Of a stretch of DNA of 64,000 bases, positions 29,109 through 39,012 are shown in pieces; the stretch's first letter is position 1; each line of letters begins with the position of its first letter. The notes beneath the pieces were generated by a model that ran no database searches, was not told the DNA's origin, and worked only from the letters and a program-made list of their open reading frames with translations. The translations under genes and the position numbers were made by a program. This DNA is from an uncultured delta proteobacterium (GTDB lineage: Bacteria > Desulfobacterota > Binatia > UBA9968): NCBI GenBank assembly GCA_963804165.1, contig CAWDPO010000003.1, positions 224,001-288,000 of the forward strand, written 5' to 3'.

Positions 29109-30950
29109 ATGCAGTGCGATAAAATTCTTCTGCCTGTGGTGGTCCCTTCTGAGACCCGCGGCAACATAGAGCTGGCCGTCCGGCTTTTGCCGGCACAAGG
29201 CAAGCTCGTGGCGTTGAAAGTCATTCGCGTGCCTGAGGCGACGTCGCTGAGCGAGGGCGCGGCAGAGGCCGTCGATTCCCGCGCGACCCTCGACGAGACC
29301 CACGCCATCCTGCCGGACCCTCGGGTCGAACTGAAAACTCTCGTGCGGGTTTCCCATCATCTGTCCGAGGGCATTAGCGAGAGCGTCGCTACGGAAAATG
29401 CCGACTTGTTGATATTGCCCTGGAAAGGCAGCGCGAGCTCCGATGCCGCCCTGTTCGGCCGCACCATCGACCGCTTGGTCGAAACTCCTCCTTGTAACTT
29501 GCTGGTCGCCCGCGTCGGGGAGTTGGCGAATTGCAAAAAAATCCTGCTCGCGGTACGCGGCGGGCCCTACGCGGAATTTGCCCTGCAGATCGCGGATCGG
29601 CTCGCGCATTCCTTCTCCGGTGAAATTACCGTGCTGCACTGCGAACAGCATTTTGCGTCAGCGGAATTCAGCGAGTCTCTCTACGGAGACTTTATCCGCG
29701 GGCTGCGATTCAAACCCAATGTGAAACGGTTGGTGACGGTCGAGGGAAATCCTCAGGAAATCATCCTGCAAGAGGCGCAAAGACATGACCTCGTGATCAC
29801 CGGAGCGACCGCGGGAGCCGAACCCCATTCGTTCGTTCTCGGTCCGATCGTGGAACAGTTGGCGCGTTCCACCGACAAGCCGCTGCTGGTTGTAAAAACG
29901 CCGCAACCCTTCGAAAGCTGGGAACGACAGCGCCGTTGGCTTCAACCCAAGGCGCTGTCGGAACGGGTGGACCAGTGGTTTGCGGAGAATACTTTTCACC
30001 GCCAGGAGTTCGGCGATCTGGCGAAGCTCGTCGACCTCAAAAACAAACAGCACCTCACGATCAGCCTCGGATTGCCGGCCCTCAACGAAGCAGAAACCAT
30101 CGGCAACATCGCCCGCACCATCAAGCACAAGCTCTTCGACGAATACCCGCTGCTGGATGAAATCGTGCTGATTGATTCGGGCTCAAGCGACGACACGGTC
30201 AAGATCGCGGAGGATATCGGCATCGCCGTCTACGTGCACAAGGACATCCTGCCGCAGCACGGCACCTTTCGCGGCAAAGGCGAGGCATTATGGAAGAGTC
30301 TTTTCGTTTTGAAGGGAGATATCATCGCCTGGGTCGACACCGACATTCGCAATTTCTATCCCGGTTTCGTTTACGGCCTGCTGGGCCCATTGTTGCGCGA
30401 GCCGGAGATTCAGTACGTCAAAGGTTTTTACCGCCGTCCGATCAAGATGGAAGGCAAGCTGATTTCCGAAGGCGGTGGGCGGGTGACCGAGCTGACGATC
30501 CGGCCGCTATTCAATCTTTTTTTTCCGGAGCTGTCGGGCATGATTCAACCTCTAGCCGGAGAATACGCCGGCCGCCGAACAGCGCTCGAACGGGTGCCGT
30601 TTTTCAGCGGCTACGGCGTGGAGACGGGATTGCTGATCGATCTATTCAATGAAATTGGCCTGAACGCGATCGCCCAGGTGGACCTCGAAGAACGCGTCCA
30701 TCGTAACCAGCCCCTCGCATCGCTTAGCCAAATGTCGTTCGCGATCATCCAGGTAGTGATGCAACGCTTGCAAGAAAAAAACCGCATTCAAATGATGGAC
30801 GAAGTCAATCGTTCGATGAAACTGATCAAGCCCCAGGAAAAGAGTTACGCACTGGACCTCAAGCCGATCCAGGACCGGGAGCGTCCGCCGATGATCACCC
30901 TGCCCGAGTACCGGGCCCAACGAGCCGCGTGCCGTGACGGGAAATGCTGA
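29109..30950 (+). CDS. gpgS: Glucosyl-3-phosphoglycerate synthase fused to two N-terminal universal stress protein (USP) domains
   Basis: USP1 ILLPV..ADLLILPWKG..FGRTIDRLV..PCNLLV; USP2 KILLAVRGGP..HDLVITGA..LGPIVE..KPLLVVK; GT LPALNE, DSGSSD, GKGEALWKS, VKGFYRRP, GGRVTEL, QPLAGEYA, GYGVE, HRNQ. Confidence 0.9.
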   Translation: MQCDKILLPVVVPSETRGNIELAVRLLPAQGKLVALKVIRVPEATSLSEGAAEAVDSRATLDETHAILPDPRVELKTLVRVSHHLSEGISESVATENADLLILPWKGSASSDAALFGRTIDRLVETPPCNLLVARVGELANCKKILLAVRGGPYAEFALQIADRLAHSFSGEITVLHCEQHFASAEFSESLYGDFIRGLRFKPNVKRLVTVEGNPQEIILQEAQRHDLVITGATAGAEPHSFVLGPIVEQLARSTDKPLLVVKTPQPFESWERQRRWLQPKALSERVDQWFAENTFHRQEFGDLAKLVDLKNKQHLTISLGLPALNEAETIGNIARTIKHKLFDEYPLLDEIVLIDSGSSDDTVKIAEDIGIAVYVHKDILPQHGTFRGKGEALWKSLFVLKGDIIAWVDTDIRNFYPGFVYGLLGPLLREPEIQYVKGFYRRPIKMEGKLISEGGGRVTELTIRPLFNLFFPELSGMIQPLAGEYAGRRTALERVPFFSGYGVETGLLIDLFNEIGLNAIAQVDLEERVHRNQPLASLSQMSFAIIQVVMQRLQEKNRIQMMDEVNRSMKLIKPQEKSYALDLKPIQDRERPPMITLPEYRAQRAACRDGKC

Positions 30951-31784
30951 AACTATCGAAATCAAGTCAGCTGATCATCATCACCGACGTGGACGGCACG
31001 CTCATCGACCAACGAACGTACAGCTACGAATTGAGCCTGCCCGCCGTGCGCCGGCTCCAGGCCAACCGGATTCCGATCATTCTATGCTCGACCAAAACGA
31101 GCGCCGAGATCCTTCTGCTGTGGCACGAGTTGGAGCTCGATGACCCCTTCATTTGCGAAAATGGCGGCGCGATCTACATGCCGCGCGACTACCTTAAAGT
31201 GGCTTTGTTTGGCCTAAAGGCCGACGGTCCGTTCGAAGTGCTTGAGTTGGGCACCGATGTTGATCGCTTGCGCCACGCGCTGGCGGATGCGGCGCGCGCA
31301 TGCGGTGTCGTCTTGCGATCTTTTGGACAGATGGAGATAGAGGAAATTGCTGCACTGACCGGCCTTTCGTTGGATCAAGCGGCGCGCGCGTTGCAGCGCC
31401 GCTACGACGAGCCTTTCCTGGTTCAGTCCGGCGACACCGAAAAAATGGCGGCGATCCTGCGCGCAAAAAATTTGACCATCACCAAGGGCGACCGCTTTTA
31501 TCACCTGAGCGGCGGCCATAGTAAGCGCGACGCAGTGGAAACGTCTGCTTAAACTATCATCGCGATCAATATGGCCACGCGATTTCGATCTGCCTGGGAA
31601 ATTCGGCAAACGATGCACCGATGTTGTCGGCGGTGGACCGGCCTATTTTAGTCAGAAATCCCGACGGGAGTTGGGACGGTACGGTCACCGAGGCCATCCC
31701 GAATATCGAGCGGACGAGTCGGGGTTCGGGCCGGAGGGATGGAGAGAGGCCATCGACGGGATTCTGGACGAAGCGACGCCATGA
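30944..31784 (+). CDS. gpgP: Glucosyl/mannosyl-3-phosphoglycerate phosphatase (HAD-IIB), frameshifted
   Basis: TDVDGTL, CSTKT.AE, PFICENGG, RRYDEPF, KGDRFYH; shifted frames give LGNSANDAPML and GPEGWREAI..*. Confidence 0.82.
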
Positions 31785-33090
31785 ACTTGAAAGCGAGTTG
31801 CCGTTGGGGGGGTGCGCGATGGAGAACGATCCTCATTCTATTCATCGTTTTAATCATCGCGCCACTCGCGGAGGCGCAAACGCAACTGCGATTCGTCACC
31901 TGGAAATCGGAAGCGGAGCGGGTTTGGGAGCAGATCATCGCGCGATTTCGAAGCTAGACACCCCGGAGTCAAAGTTGTTCAGGAGGTCGGGCCTCATTCG
32001 TCAACAGAATTCCACGACCTGGTCACCCAGAAACTGCGCAATCGCGACTCCGAAATGGACGTGTTTTTCATGGACGTCATTTGGCCCGGCCGAATTTGCC
32101 GCTGCGGGCTGGGCGTTGCCGCTGGATTCATTTTTCTCCGCGGCGGAACGAAATATTTCCTCGATGCGCCGATCCAGGCCAATACTTACGACGGGCGGAT
32201 CTATGGCGTGCCGGTGTTTGTCGATGCCGGAATGCTTTATTACCGCAAGGATCTGCTTGAAAAGCATAACTTTGCCGCCGCCGCGCACTTGGCCCGAGTT
32301 GGTCCGCCAAGCGCGGATAATTTTGGCCCAAGAGCGCGATCCCTACCTGACCGGCTACTCGGCGCAGTTCAAGCAGTACGAGGGACTGGTTTGCAACATG
32401 ATGGAGTTTGTATTGAGCAACGGCGGTGCGTTGTGGAATGAACAGCGCCTCCAAAGCACGCTCGATGACGCCAAGGCGAAAGAGGCGGTGCGGTTCGTGC
32501 GCGATCAAATTATTCGCTTAATCGCGAATCGCGGCATTCTGGCCTACCAAGAACCGGAATCGCTGGCCTTGTTTACGCAGGGAAAAGCGATCTTCCATCG
32601 CAATTGGCCCTACGCCTGGGAAGCGTCCAATGACCCTAAACAGTCAAAAATCGCCGGTAAAGTCGGCATCGTACCGTTGCCGGCTTTTCCCGGGCAAAAG
32701 AGTGCTGCCACCCTCGGCGGTTGGCAGCTGGGCATCAGCCGCTTCTCGCGTAATCCGCAGCTTGCCTGGCAATTCGTCCAATTTATGACCAGCGGCGAGA
32801 CGCAAAAACGGATTGCGCTCGAAACCGGCCGCGGGCCGGCGCGTAAGGCGCTCTATCATGATCCCGAGATCCTCAAGAAAAGTCCCCAGTTCCAGTCGCA
32901 GTACGAGACGTTCACTCTGGCCGCGCCGCGGCCGCGAACGCCGGTGTACCTACCCCTTTCAAACGTCTTACAGCGTTACTTCAGCTCGGCCATCGCCATT
33001 GCCGATTCCGACATCGACCAGCTGGCGCGAGCTGCGTCGCGCGACATGGATCGCGCCTTGGACCTCTTGCGTGATCGGAGACAGCGGTGA
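31781..33090 (+). CDS. Sugar ABC transporter substrate-binding protein (trehalose/maltose-like), frameshifts in the 5' part
   Basis: Signal peptide in 31739..31957; MDVIW, DAGMLYYRKDLL, KQYEGL, FHRNWPYAW, LGGWQLGIS, PRPRTP.Y. Confidence 0.88.
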
Positions 33091-33977
33091 GCAACCACCA
33101 AGATCCGGTCTGGCGCTTTCTGGTGCCAAGTTTTGTCTTCGTCGGCGTATTTTCTCTCTATCCGATTCTGGACTCCTTTCGCCTGAGCTTTTACCGCATG
33201 ATTTTGACTCTGCCCTGGCTCGGCCAGAAATTCGTCGGCTGGGACAACTACCGCGATCTCATCACCGATCCCGTGGCACTCGGGTCGCTCAGCACTTCCG
33301 TGATATTCGTCGCCGTCACGACTCCGATCGAAGTGCTTCTCGGTCTCGCCATGGCGCTGGTGTTGAACGAGTCCTTTCGCGGCCGCGGCTGGCTGCGCGC
33401 CGTCGTGCTCATTCCCTGGGCGGTGCCCACCGTGGTCTCGTCGCAAATGTGGCGTTTCATTTTCAACGACCGCTACGGACTTTTTAATTATCTATTGTTC
33501 GGCGACGCGACTCAGCTGTACTGGGCGCCGCTCGCAGAGCCGGATTTGGCGCTGCTATCGATCATGATAGCGGACATTTGGAAGACCAGCGCATTTGCCG
33601 CGCTGATCATTCTCGCCGGACTGCAGGTGATTCCCGGTGAGCTCTACGAGGCCGCCAGCATCGACGGCGCCAGCACGTGGCGAAAGTTTCGCCACATTAC
33701 TCTGCCGCTGGTCAAGCCGGCTTTGCTGTTGGCGCTGCTATTTCGCACGATCGACGCGCTCAAGGTCTTCGACCTGGTCTTCGTCATGACCCAAGGAGGG
33801 CCCGCGGACACGACGAATCTTTTACAATTCTATGGCTACAAAAAGAGTTTTGCCGAGGGTATGATCGGCTACGGCTCGGCGATCGCGGTCGTGGTATTTT
33901 TGCTCTCGCTCCTCCTGTCGGTTCTCTATATTCGTCTGCTCGGGACCGGTTTGCTCCGAAAGGAGCGGCAAACATGA
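33087..33977 (+). CDS. Carbohydrate ABC permease (MalF-like)
   Basis: FVGWDNY, LIPWAVP, IWKT, ELYEAASIDGA..FRHITLP, MTQGGP. Confidence 0.93.
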   Translation: MSNHQDPVWRFLVPSFVFVGVFSLYPILDSFRLSFYRMILTLPWLGQKFVGWDNYRDLITDPVALGSLSTSVIFVAVTTPIEVLLGLAMALVLNESFRGRGWLRAVVLIPWAVPTVVSSQMWRFIFNDRYGLFNYLLFGDATQLYWAPLAEPDLALLSIMIADIWKTSAFAALIILAGLQVIPGELYEAASIDGASTWRKFRHITLPLVKPALLLALLFRTIDALKVFDLVFVMTQGGPADTTNLLQFYGYKKSFAEGMIGYGSAIAVVVFLLSLLLSVLYIRLLGTGLLRKERQT

Positions 33978-34786
33978 AAAAATTCGCGTTCGCCGCATCC
34001 GTGGTCGCGATCGGTACGCTGACCCTGCTGCCGTTTCTTTGGTTCGTGCTCACGTCTTGGAAAAACGCTGCGGAGATCAACGCCATCCCGCCGGTTATCC
34101 TGCCGAGTTTTCATTGGGGAAACTATCGCGCGGCGATCACGCAACACGAGCTGCTTCATTATATCGGCAACAGCGCGATCGTCGCGTCGGCGACAACTCT
34201 GATCAGTCTCGCGATCGCGTCGCTGGCGGCCTTCGCGCTGGCGCGGTTCAAATTGCGCTGGGCGCGCTACTATCTGATGTTGTTGCTGGCGCTCTCTATG
34301 TTTCCTCAGATTGCCATTGCCGGTCCGGTGTGGCGGCTGTTGAATTTTCTGGGCTGGCTCAATAGTTATCACGGCATCGTTGCCGCGTATATTTCGCTTT
34401 CGTTGCCGTTTGCGATCTGGGTGCTCACGACGTTTTTCCAGGAGCTGCCCTACGATATCGAAGAAGCGGCGCTGGTCGACGGTTGCACACGCTGGCAAGC
34501 GCTTCGACTCGTCGTGTTGCCGCTGGCGGCGCCGGGACTTTTTACCGCGGCGATTCTCGTTTTCATCCACGCCTGGAACGAGTTCTTTTTCGCGCTGATC
34601 ATTTTGACCTACCCGGCGTTGCAAACGCTGCCGGTCGGCATCGCGCTGTTCCCCGGCGAATACACGATGCCGTGGGGCGAGATCGCCGCAGCTTCGACGA
34701 TTGCCACGCTGCCGCTGATCGCGCTCACGCTGATATTCCAGCGCCGCATCGTCCAGGGCTTGTCAGCGGGAGCAGTGAAAGGTTGA
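33974..34786 (+). CDS. Carbohydrate ABC permease (MalG-like)
   Basis: AGGAG RBS before ATG 33974; IEEAALVDG, AWNEF, QRRIVQGLSAGAVKG. Confidence 0.93.
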   Translation: MKKFAFAASVVAIGTLTLLPFLWFVLTSWKNAAEINAIPPVILPSFHWGNYRAAITQHELLHYIGNSAIVASATTLISLAIASLAAFALARFKLRWARYYLMLLLALSMFPQIAIAGPVWRLLNFLGWLNSYHGIVAAYISLSLPFAIWVLTTFFQELPYDIEEAALVDGCTRWQALRLVVLPLAAPGLFTAAILVFIHAWNEFFFALIILTYPALQTLPVGIALFPGEYTMPWGEIAAASTIATLPLIALTLIFQRRIVQGLSAGAVKG

Positions 34787-34821
34787 GTCTTCGATTCAAT
34801 CGGTAACAGGGGGAGGAAGCC

Positions 34822-35907
34822 ATCGCGTCTCTGATCATAAACAAAGTCTCTAAACATTTCGGCGACAGAGAAATCCTGCAGGAGGTTTCATTCGAAGTCG
34901 CCGACGGAGAGTTCTGCGTCCTGCTCGGCCCATCGGGATGCGGCAAGACAACACTCTTGCGCATCGTCGCGGGGCTGGAATCGGTGTCAAGCGGCACGGT
35001 CAGCATCGACACCACGCGGGTCGATCCGCTGCCCCCGGGCGATCGCGATGTTGCTTTCGTGTTTCAAAATTACGCGCTCTATCCGCACATGTCGGTTTTC
35101 GACAATCTGGCCTTTTCTTTGAGGCTGCGCGGCGTGCCGAAAGGCGACATTCAATCGCGTGTCGCCGAGGTGGCGCGATTGCTGGAGATTGAAAACCAGC
35201 TCACTCATAAACCGCAACAACTGAGCGGTGGGCAAAGACAGCGGGTCGCATTGGGGCGCGCGATCGTGCGCCGACCGAAGCTATTTCTCTTCGACGAGCC
35301 GCTATCCAACCTCGACGCCACGCTGCGGACCAACATGCGTGTCGAGCTCGCCAGACTGCACCATCAGCTGGGCTCGACCATGCTCTACGTCACCCACGAT
35401 CAGGCCGAAGCTATGACTCTCGGCGAGAAAATCATCGTGTTGAATCGGGGCACGATTCAACAGATCGGCGCGCCGTTGGAGATTTATCATCGGCCAAGCA
35501 ACTTATTCGTTGCCGGCTTCGTTGGGCAGCCGCAGATGAATCTTATCGAAGGCCGGTTGGACGCTGGGGGCAAACTTCACAGCGATACGGGGCTGGAACT
35601 GGATCTTTCCGATATCGCACCCGGCCGTGCCACGGCGGACTCATCGATGACTCTGGGCATTCGCCCTGAAGATTTTCGTCCTTGCGCCGCGGCCGAGGCC
35701 TGGTTTTCCGGCACGGCCGATTTCGTCGAGGACCTGGGTTCGGACCGCTTCGTTCATGTTCTCTGTGGCAGGCTTAAACTTGTGGCACGCTTGCCGGCGC
35801 AAAATCCGATCAAGCGCGGCGCGGCGCTCTACCTGAACGTCGATCCCCAGCGCGTGCATCTTTTTCGCGATGGCAAGCGCGTCGAGTCGTCTGGATCCGC
35901 AGGTTGA
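34822..35907 (+). CDS. Carbohydrate ABC ATPase (MalK-like), apparent ATC start
   Basis: GPSGCGKT, FQNYALYPHM, LSGGQRQR, DEPLSNLD, YVTHDQ; frame open back to 34807 (TAA at 34804); GGAGG 5 nt before ATC. Confidence 0.9.
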   Translation: MASLIINKVSKHFGDREILQEVSFEVADGEFCVLLGPSGCGKTTLLRIVAGLESVSSGTVSIDTTRVDPLPPGDRDVAFVFQNYALYPHMSVFDNLAFSLRLRGVPKGDIQSRVAEVARLLEIENQLTHKPQQLSGGQRQRVALGRAIVRRPKLFLFDEPLSNLDATLRTNMRVELARLHHQLGSTMLYVTHDQAEAMTLGEKIIVLNRGTIQQIGAPLEIYHRPSNLFVAGFVGQPQMNLIEGRLDAGGKLHSDTGLELDLSDIAPGRATADSSMTLGIRPEDFRPCAAAEAWFSGTADFVEDLGSDRFVHVLCGRLKLVARLPAQNPIKRGAALYLNVDPQRVHLFRDGKRVESSGSAG

Positions 35908-36036
35908 AAGGGGAATTGGTTACCGTATACGCGCGCTTGCTTGGAGCCACTCGTCACGGCGGCGTTGCGATTTGCCTAATCGTCGACGCCGCCGGGCGCC
36001 TAACCTCGGTGAGCTAAATGAGGCGCGATCAGGTGG

Positions 36037-36519
36037 TTAGTGCGGCGTACCACCCAATCCGCTTGCCTGCGCGACGATTTCGCTTACACTCTTGTCGAGA
36101 TCGAGAGGGCGGTTGATGCGCGCATCGTCGCGCTCCGGCACGAGGGCGTAAACCTCCAGGCGGTTTCCCTCAGGATCAAGAAAATAGCATGACACGGTGT
36201 TGCCCATTTCCTCGTAAGCATGGCTCACGCAGTGATCGATCGGCACGCCCAGCGCCTTGAAACGTTCATAATACGCCTTGACGTCGGCAGGCGTGTCCGC
36301 GCGCCAGGCGATGTGCGCAATGATCTTGGCATTGCCCTCGCGTCCCTTGGCAAGAGCGAGTTGGTGGTCTTCGATGTTGGGGTCGGCCGTCAGAAATACC
36401 ATCCGTCCGGCGCGCTCGCGGTATTTCACGAGTCCCAATACGTCTTTGTAAAAGGCCACCATTTTGTCCAAATCATTGACATAGAGTACCACGTGGCTCA
36501 GGCCTTTAATCGTCGGCAT
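36037..36519 (-). CDS. VOC family protein
   Basis: LSHVVLYV, HQLAL, AHIAW, YFLDPEGNRLEV; AGGAGG RBS. Confidence 0.9.
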   Translation of the reverse strand: MPTIKGLSHVVLYVNDLDKMVAFYKDVLGLVKYRERAGRMVFLTADPNIEDHQLALAKGREGNAKIIAHIAWRADTPADVKAYYERFKALGVPIDHCVSHAYEEMGNTVSCYFLDPEGNRLEVYALVPERDDARINRPLDLDKSVSEIVAQASGLGGTPH

Positions 36520-36617
36520 AATTAACGCCTCCTTTCAGGATTTCGCGCGCGGAGCGCGCGCAGTCTGGGCAAACGTCATTCGGTTTTTCTGTCATTATCG
36601 GGTGCGATCCTGGCCAG

Positions 36618-36647
36618 AACGTATCCGATTAGTTTGTCGGATGTCAA
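36618..36647 (-). promoter_or_regulatory. Putative sigma70 promoter with a palindromic operator in the spacer
   Basis: Minus strand TTGACA-18-TACGTT; ATCCGA-N8-TCGGAT at 36623-36642. Confidence 0.5.
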
Positions 36648-36689
36648 TGAAAGACTGGTCGCGGAATAAACACAGCGGGGCCTCGGGTT

Positions 36690-36947
36690 CTCGTGGCGGG
36701 CGGAAATATCAGCCGTCAGCTTGCTGCGGGTTAGTTCACTAACGATAATGTGGTTGTCGTGGATTTGAGCTGACTGGCGGGCTGACTCGTCCGTGCTTTT
36801 CGATCTCTTCGCGGGGTCGTCGGATATCTCGATTAACTGAGGCCTGGCGCCGGGGTATAGGAAGCCTGGTGTCGTATCCAGTTGTGATTTCCTATCCCCG
36901 GCGAAGGACTATTCAGCAAACCTCGTGCCCTGATTTGTCGCCACGGG
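36690..36947 (+). ncRNA. Candidate ~260-nt structured ncRNA, family not recognised
   Basis: Closing stem CTCGTGGCG/CGCCACGGG; internal hairpins at 36709-36785, 36801-36819 and 36848-36903; G-U pairs favour the + strand. Confidence 0.5.
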
Positions 36948-37230
36948 CTTACCGACTTTAGAGAAGTTAAAACCGCGTGCAAGGACTTGCGCTATATAGC
37001 GCCAATGGCAAGTTTGCCTGCTGAACTCTTCAACCAACTTGATCGGGTTAAATTGCCGATACGGCGAGAATCTCCGATAGTCTATTGGGTTTCAAATAGC
37101 GGTGCGGGAAATTGTGAAATGCTGCGCTGCGCATCGAATTACGCAGGCAGATTATGTTATATCAGAATAACGCCAGGTCTTTCGCAGATGGCGGGCGCGC
37201 GAAGCGCCATCAATAAAAGGGGGAAAGATA

Positions 37231-38226
37231 ATGCGTCGAGTTCTGTTTTGCGCGGCGCTCATTGCGGCAATCGGTTGTCCGCTGACCGCACCGGCACAGG
37301 AGAAAAAACTGGAAAGACTTCGCACGGGCGGCGGCTCGGCGTCGGGCGCGCAGATGTCGATTTGGCTCGCCAAGGAAGGTAATTTCTACGAGAAGAACGG
37401 TCTCAATGTCGAAGTGATCAGCATTCCGGGAAGTTCGCTGGCGCTCCAGGCGATGCTTTCGGGAGAGCTGCCGATCATCCAAGCGGGCGGCGCCGGACCG
37501 ATTCAAGCCGCGCTCTCGGGCACGGATACCGTCGTCATCGCGACCATCGCAAAAAAATTCAATTGGTGGATATTCGCCCAACCCAACATCAACCGCATCG
37601 AAGATTTGCGCGGCAAAATTTTCGGCACGACACGCTTTGGCACCCAGTCCGACCTCGCCTCCCGCATCGCGTTACGCCGCGCCGGCATCGATCCGGAGCG
37701 CGACATCACCATGGTCCAGACGGGCGGGCCGGCGGAAACCATCAGCGCCATGGTGGCCGGCAAGATTCACGCTGCGGCAGTCACGCCGCCGGCGACCCTG
37801 CAAGCGCGAAAAGTGAAACTCAAGGATCTGGTGGACCTTTCCAAGCTCGACGTCGAATATCACGTCAACGGCGTGGTGACGACGCGCAAGTTTCTTAAGT
37901 CCAATGAAGATACCGTTCGCCGTTATCTCAAAGCGTACATCGAGGGCGCAGTGCGCGGCATGAAGGACAAGGTCTTCGCCATGAAGACGATGGGAAAGTA
38001 TTTCCGCACGGACGACAATGACGTGCTCGAAGAGACCTACGAGATGATCATAAAAACCGGCTTTAGTGTGCCGCCCTATCCGGCGGGCATCGCGAGCCTG
38101 CTACAGGAGCTGGAAAAACCGTTTCCGAAAGCCAAAGGCGCGAAGCCGGAAGATTTCGCTGATAGCCGGCTGGTGCGCGAATTGGATCAAAGCGGTTTTA
38201 TCAAGTCGCTGCTCGCCGGTCGCTAA
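37231..38226 (+). CDS. NMT1/THI5/SsuA-like substrate-binding protein
   Basis: Signal peptide, FYEKNGLNVE, DLRGKIFGTTRFG, GIDPERDI, LDQSGFI. Confidence 0.9.
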   Translation: MRRVLFCAALIAAIGCPLTAPAQEKKLERLRTGGGSASGAQMSIWLAKEGNFYEKNGLNVEVISIPGSSLALQAMLSGELPIIQAGGAGPIQAALSGTDTVVIATIAKKFNWWIFAQPNINRIEDLRGKIFGTTRFGTQSDLASRIALRRAGIDPERDITMVQTGGPAETISAMVAGKIHAAAVTPPATLQARKVKLKDLVDLSKLDVEYHVNGVVTTRKFLKSNEDTVRRYLKAYIEGAVRGMKDKVFAMKTMGKYFRTDDNDVLEETYEMIIKTGFSVPPYPAGIASLLQELEKPFPKAKGAKPEDFADSRLVRELDQSGFIKSLLAGR

Positions 38227-38302
38227 CCCTCAAGAAACAAAATTTGAATACATCGGGGAGGTGGAGCTTGTTCGACTTGCTTGCCGGTAAACATCCGGCA
38301 AT

Positions 38303-38943
38303 ATGTGTTTTCGTTCATGTATTTGTGTTGTTTCAACTCATTAGCTCTCAAGGGCATGCCGCGGACAAGATCAGACTGGCGGTTCCGGATGTCGGCGGGC
38401 AGTTTATCACGTATCCTCTGGCGCACAGCCGAGGGTTTCTCAAACAGGAAGGGATCGACGCGAGAATGTTTTAATTCGTGGCAACACGGTGTTGGCGGCG
38501 ATGTCCAGCGGTGACGTCGACTACACGGTGGGGATTCAAGGCGTGCGCGGAGCGCTGCTCGGTATGCGCTCAAGATCGTCGCTTGCTTCGAGCCTCGAGC
38601 GGCCTTACAGTCCACGCCAAACGGCTGCGCGAAAAACCGGATGAAATCAAGCGGATTATTCGGGCGGGTATGAAGGCCAACGGCTATATTCGGTCAATCG
38701 CGACGGCACTATTAAATTCTTGATGGAATGGAGCGCGGCACCATTGAGATCGCGTCCGTTACATACGACGCGGTCTGGCGCGTCTACAACGCCGACGGCA
38801 ACGTGCCGATGGATGGATTCAATCGGGTCGTGCAAGACATCAAGGAACAGCGCGACCTCAAGCGCGATGCGCCGTCGAATGAACTGGCGGATCTAACAGC
38901 TTTGCGCCAGGCGCAAGCCGAGCTTGGTGTCAAAGGCAAGTAA
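38303..38943 (+). pseudogene. Degenerate NMT1-like SBP gene with an internal deletion and frameshifts
   Basis: AADKIRLAVP..GFLKQEGID, SSGDVDY..LKIVACFEP joined directly to SGLTVHAKRLREKPDEIKR; ~640 nt versus ~1000 nt for paralogs. Confidence 0.7.
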
Positions 38944-39012
38944 TTAAGCGTAACTAAATTCCAGCTCCCTTGGATCTCTCTCAGAGAACGCAGACGCGAA
39001 GAGCAGTGAACT

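Noticed and set aside
31621-33090. 489-aa ORF suggesting a phosphatase-SBP fusion
   Set aside because: Artefact of frameshifts; the phosphatase stop and SBP start overlap as ATGA at 31781-31784
35925-36045. attC-like GCCTAAC..GTTAG site; a similar CGTATACGCGCGC..GCCTAAC occurs at 42148-42187
   Set aside because: Too short, no convincing inner pairing, GTTAG overlaps a stop codon, and no integrase is present; may be a minor repeat
36690-36947. Assignment to RNase P, tmRNA, SRP, 6S or a c-di-AMP riboswitch
   Set aside because: Hallmark sequences not found; kept as an unclassified candidate
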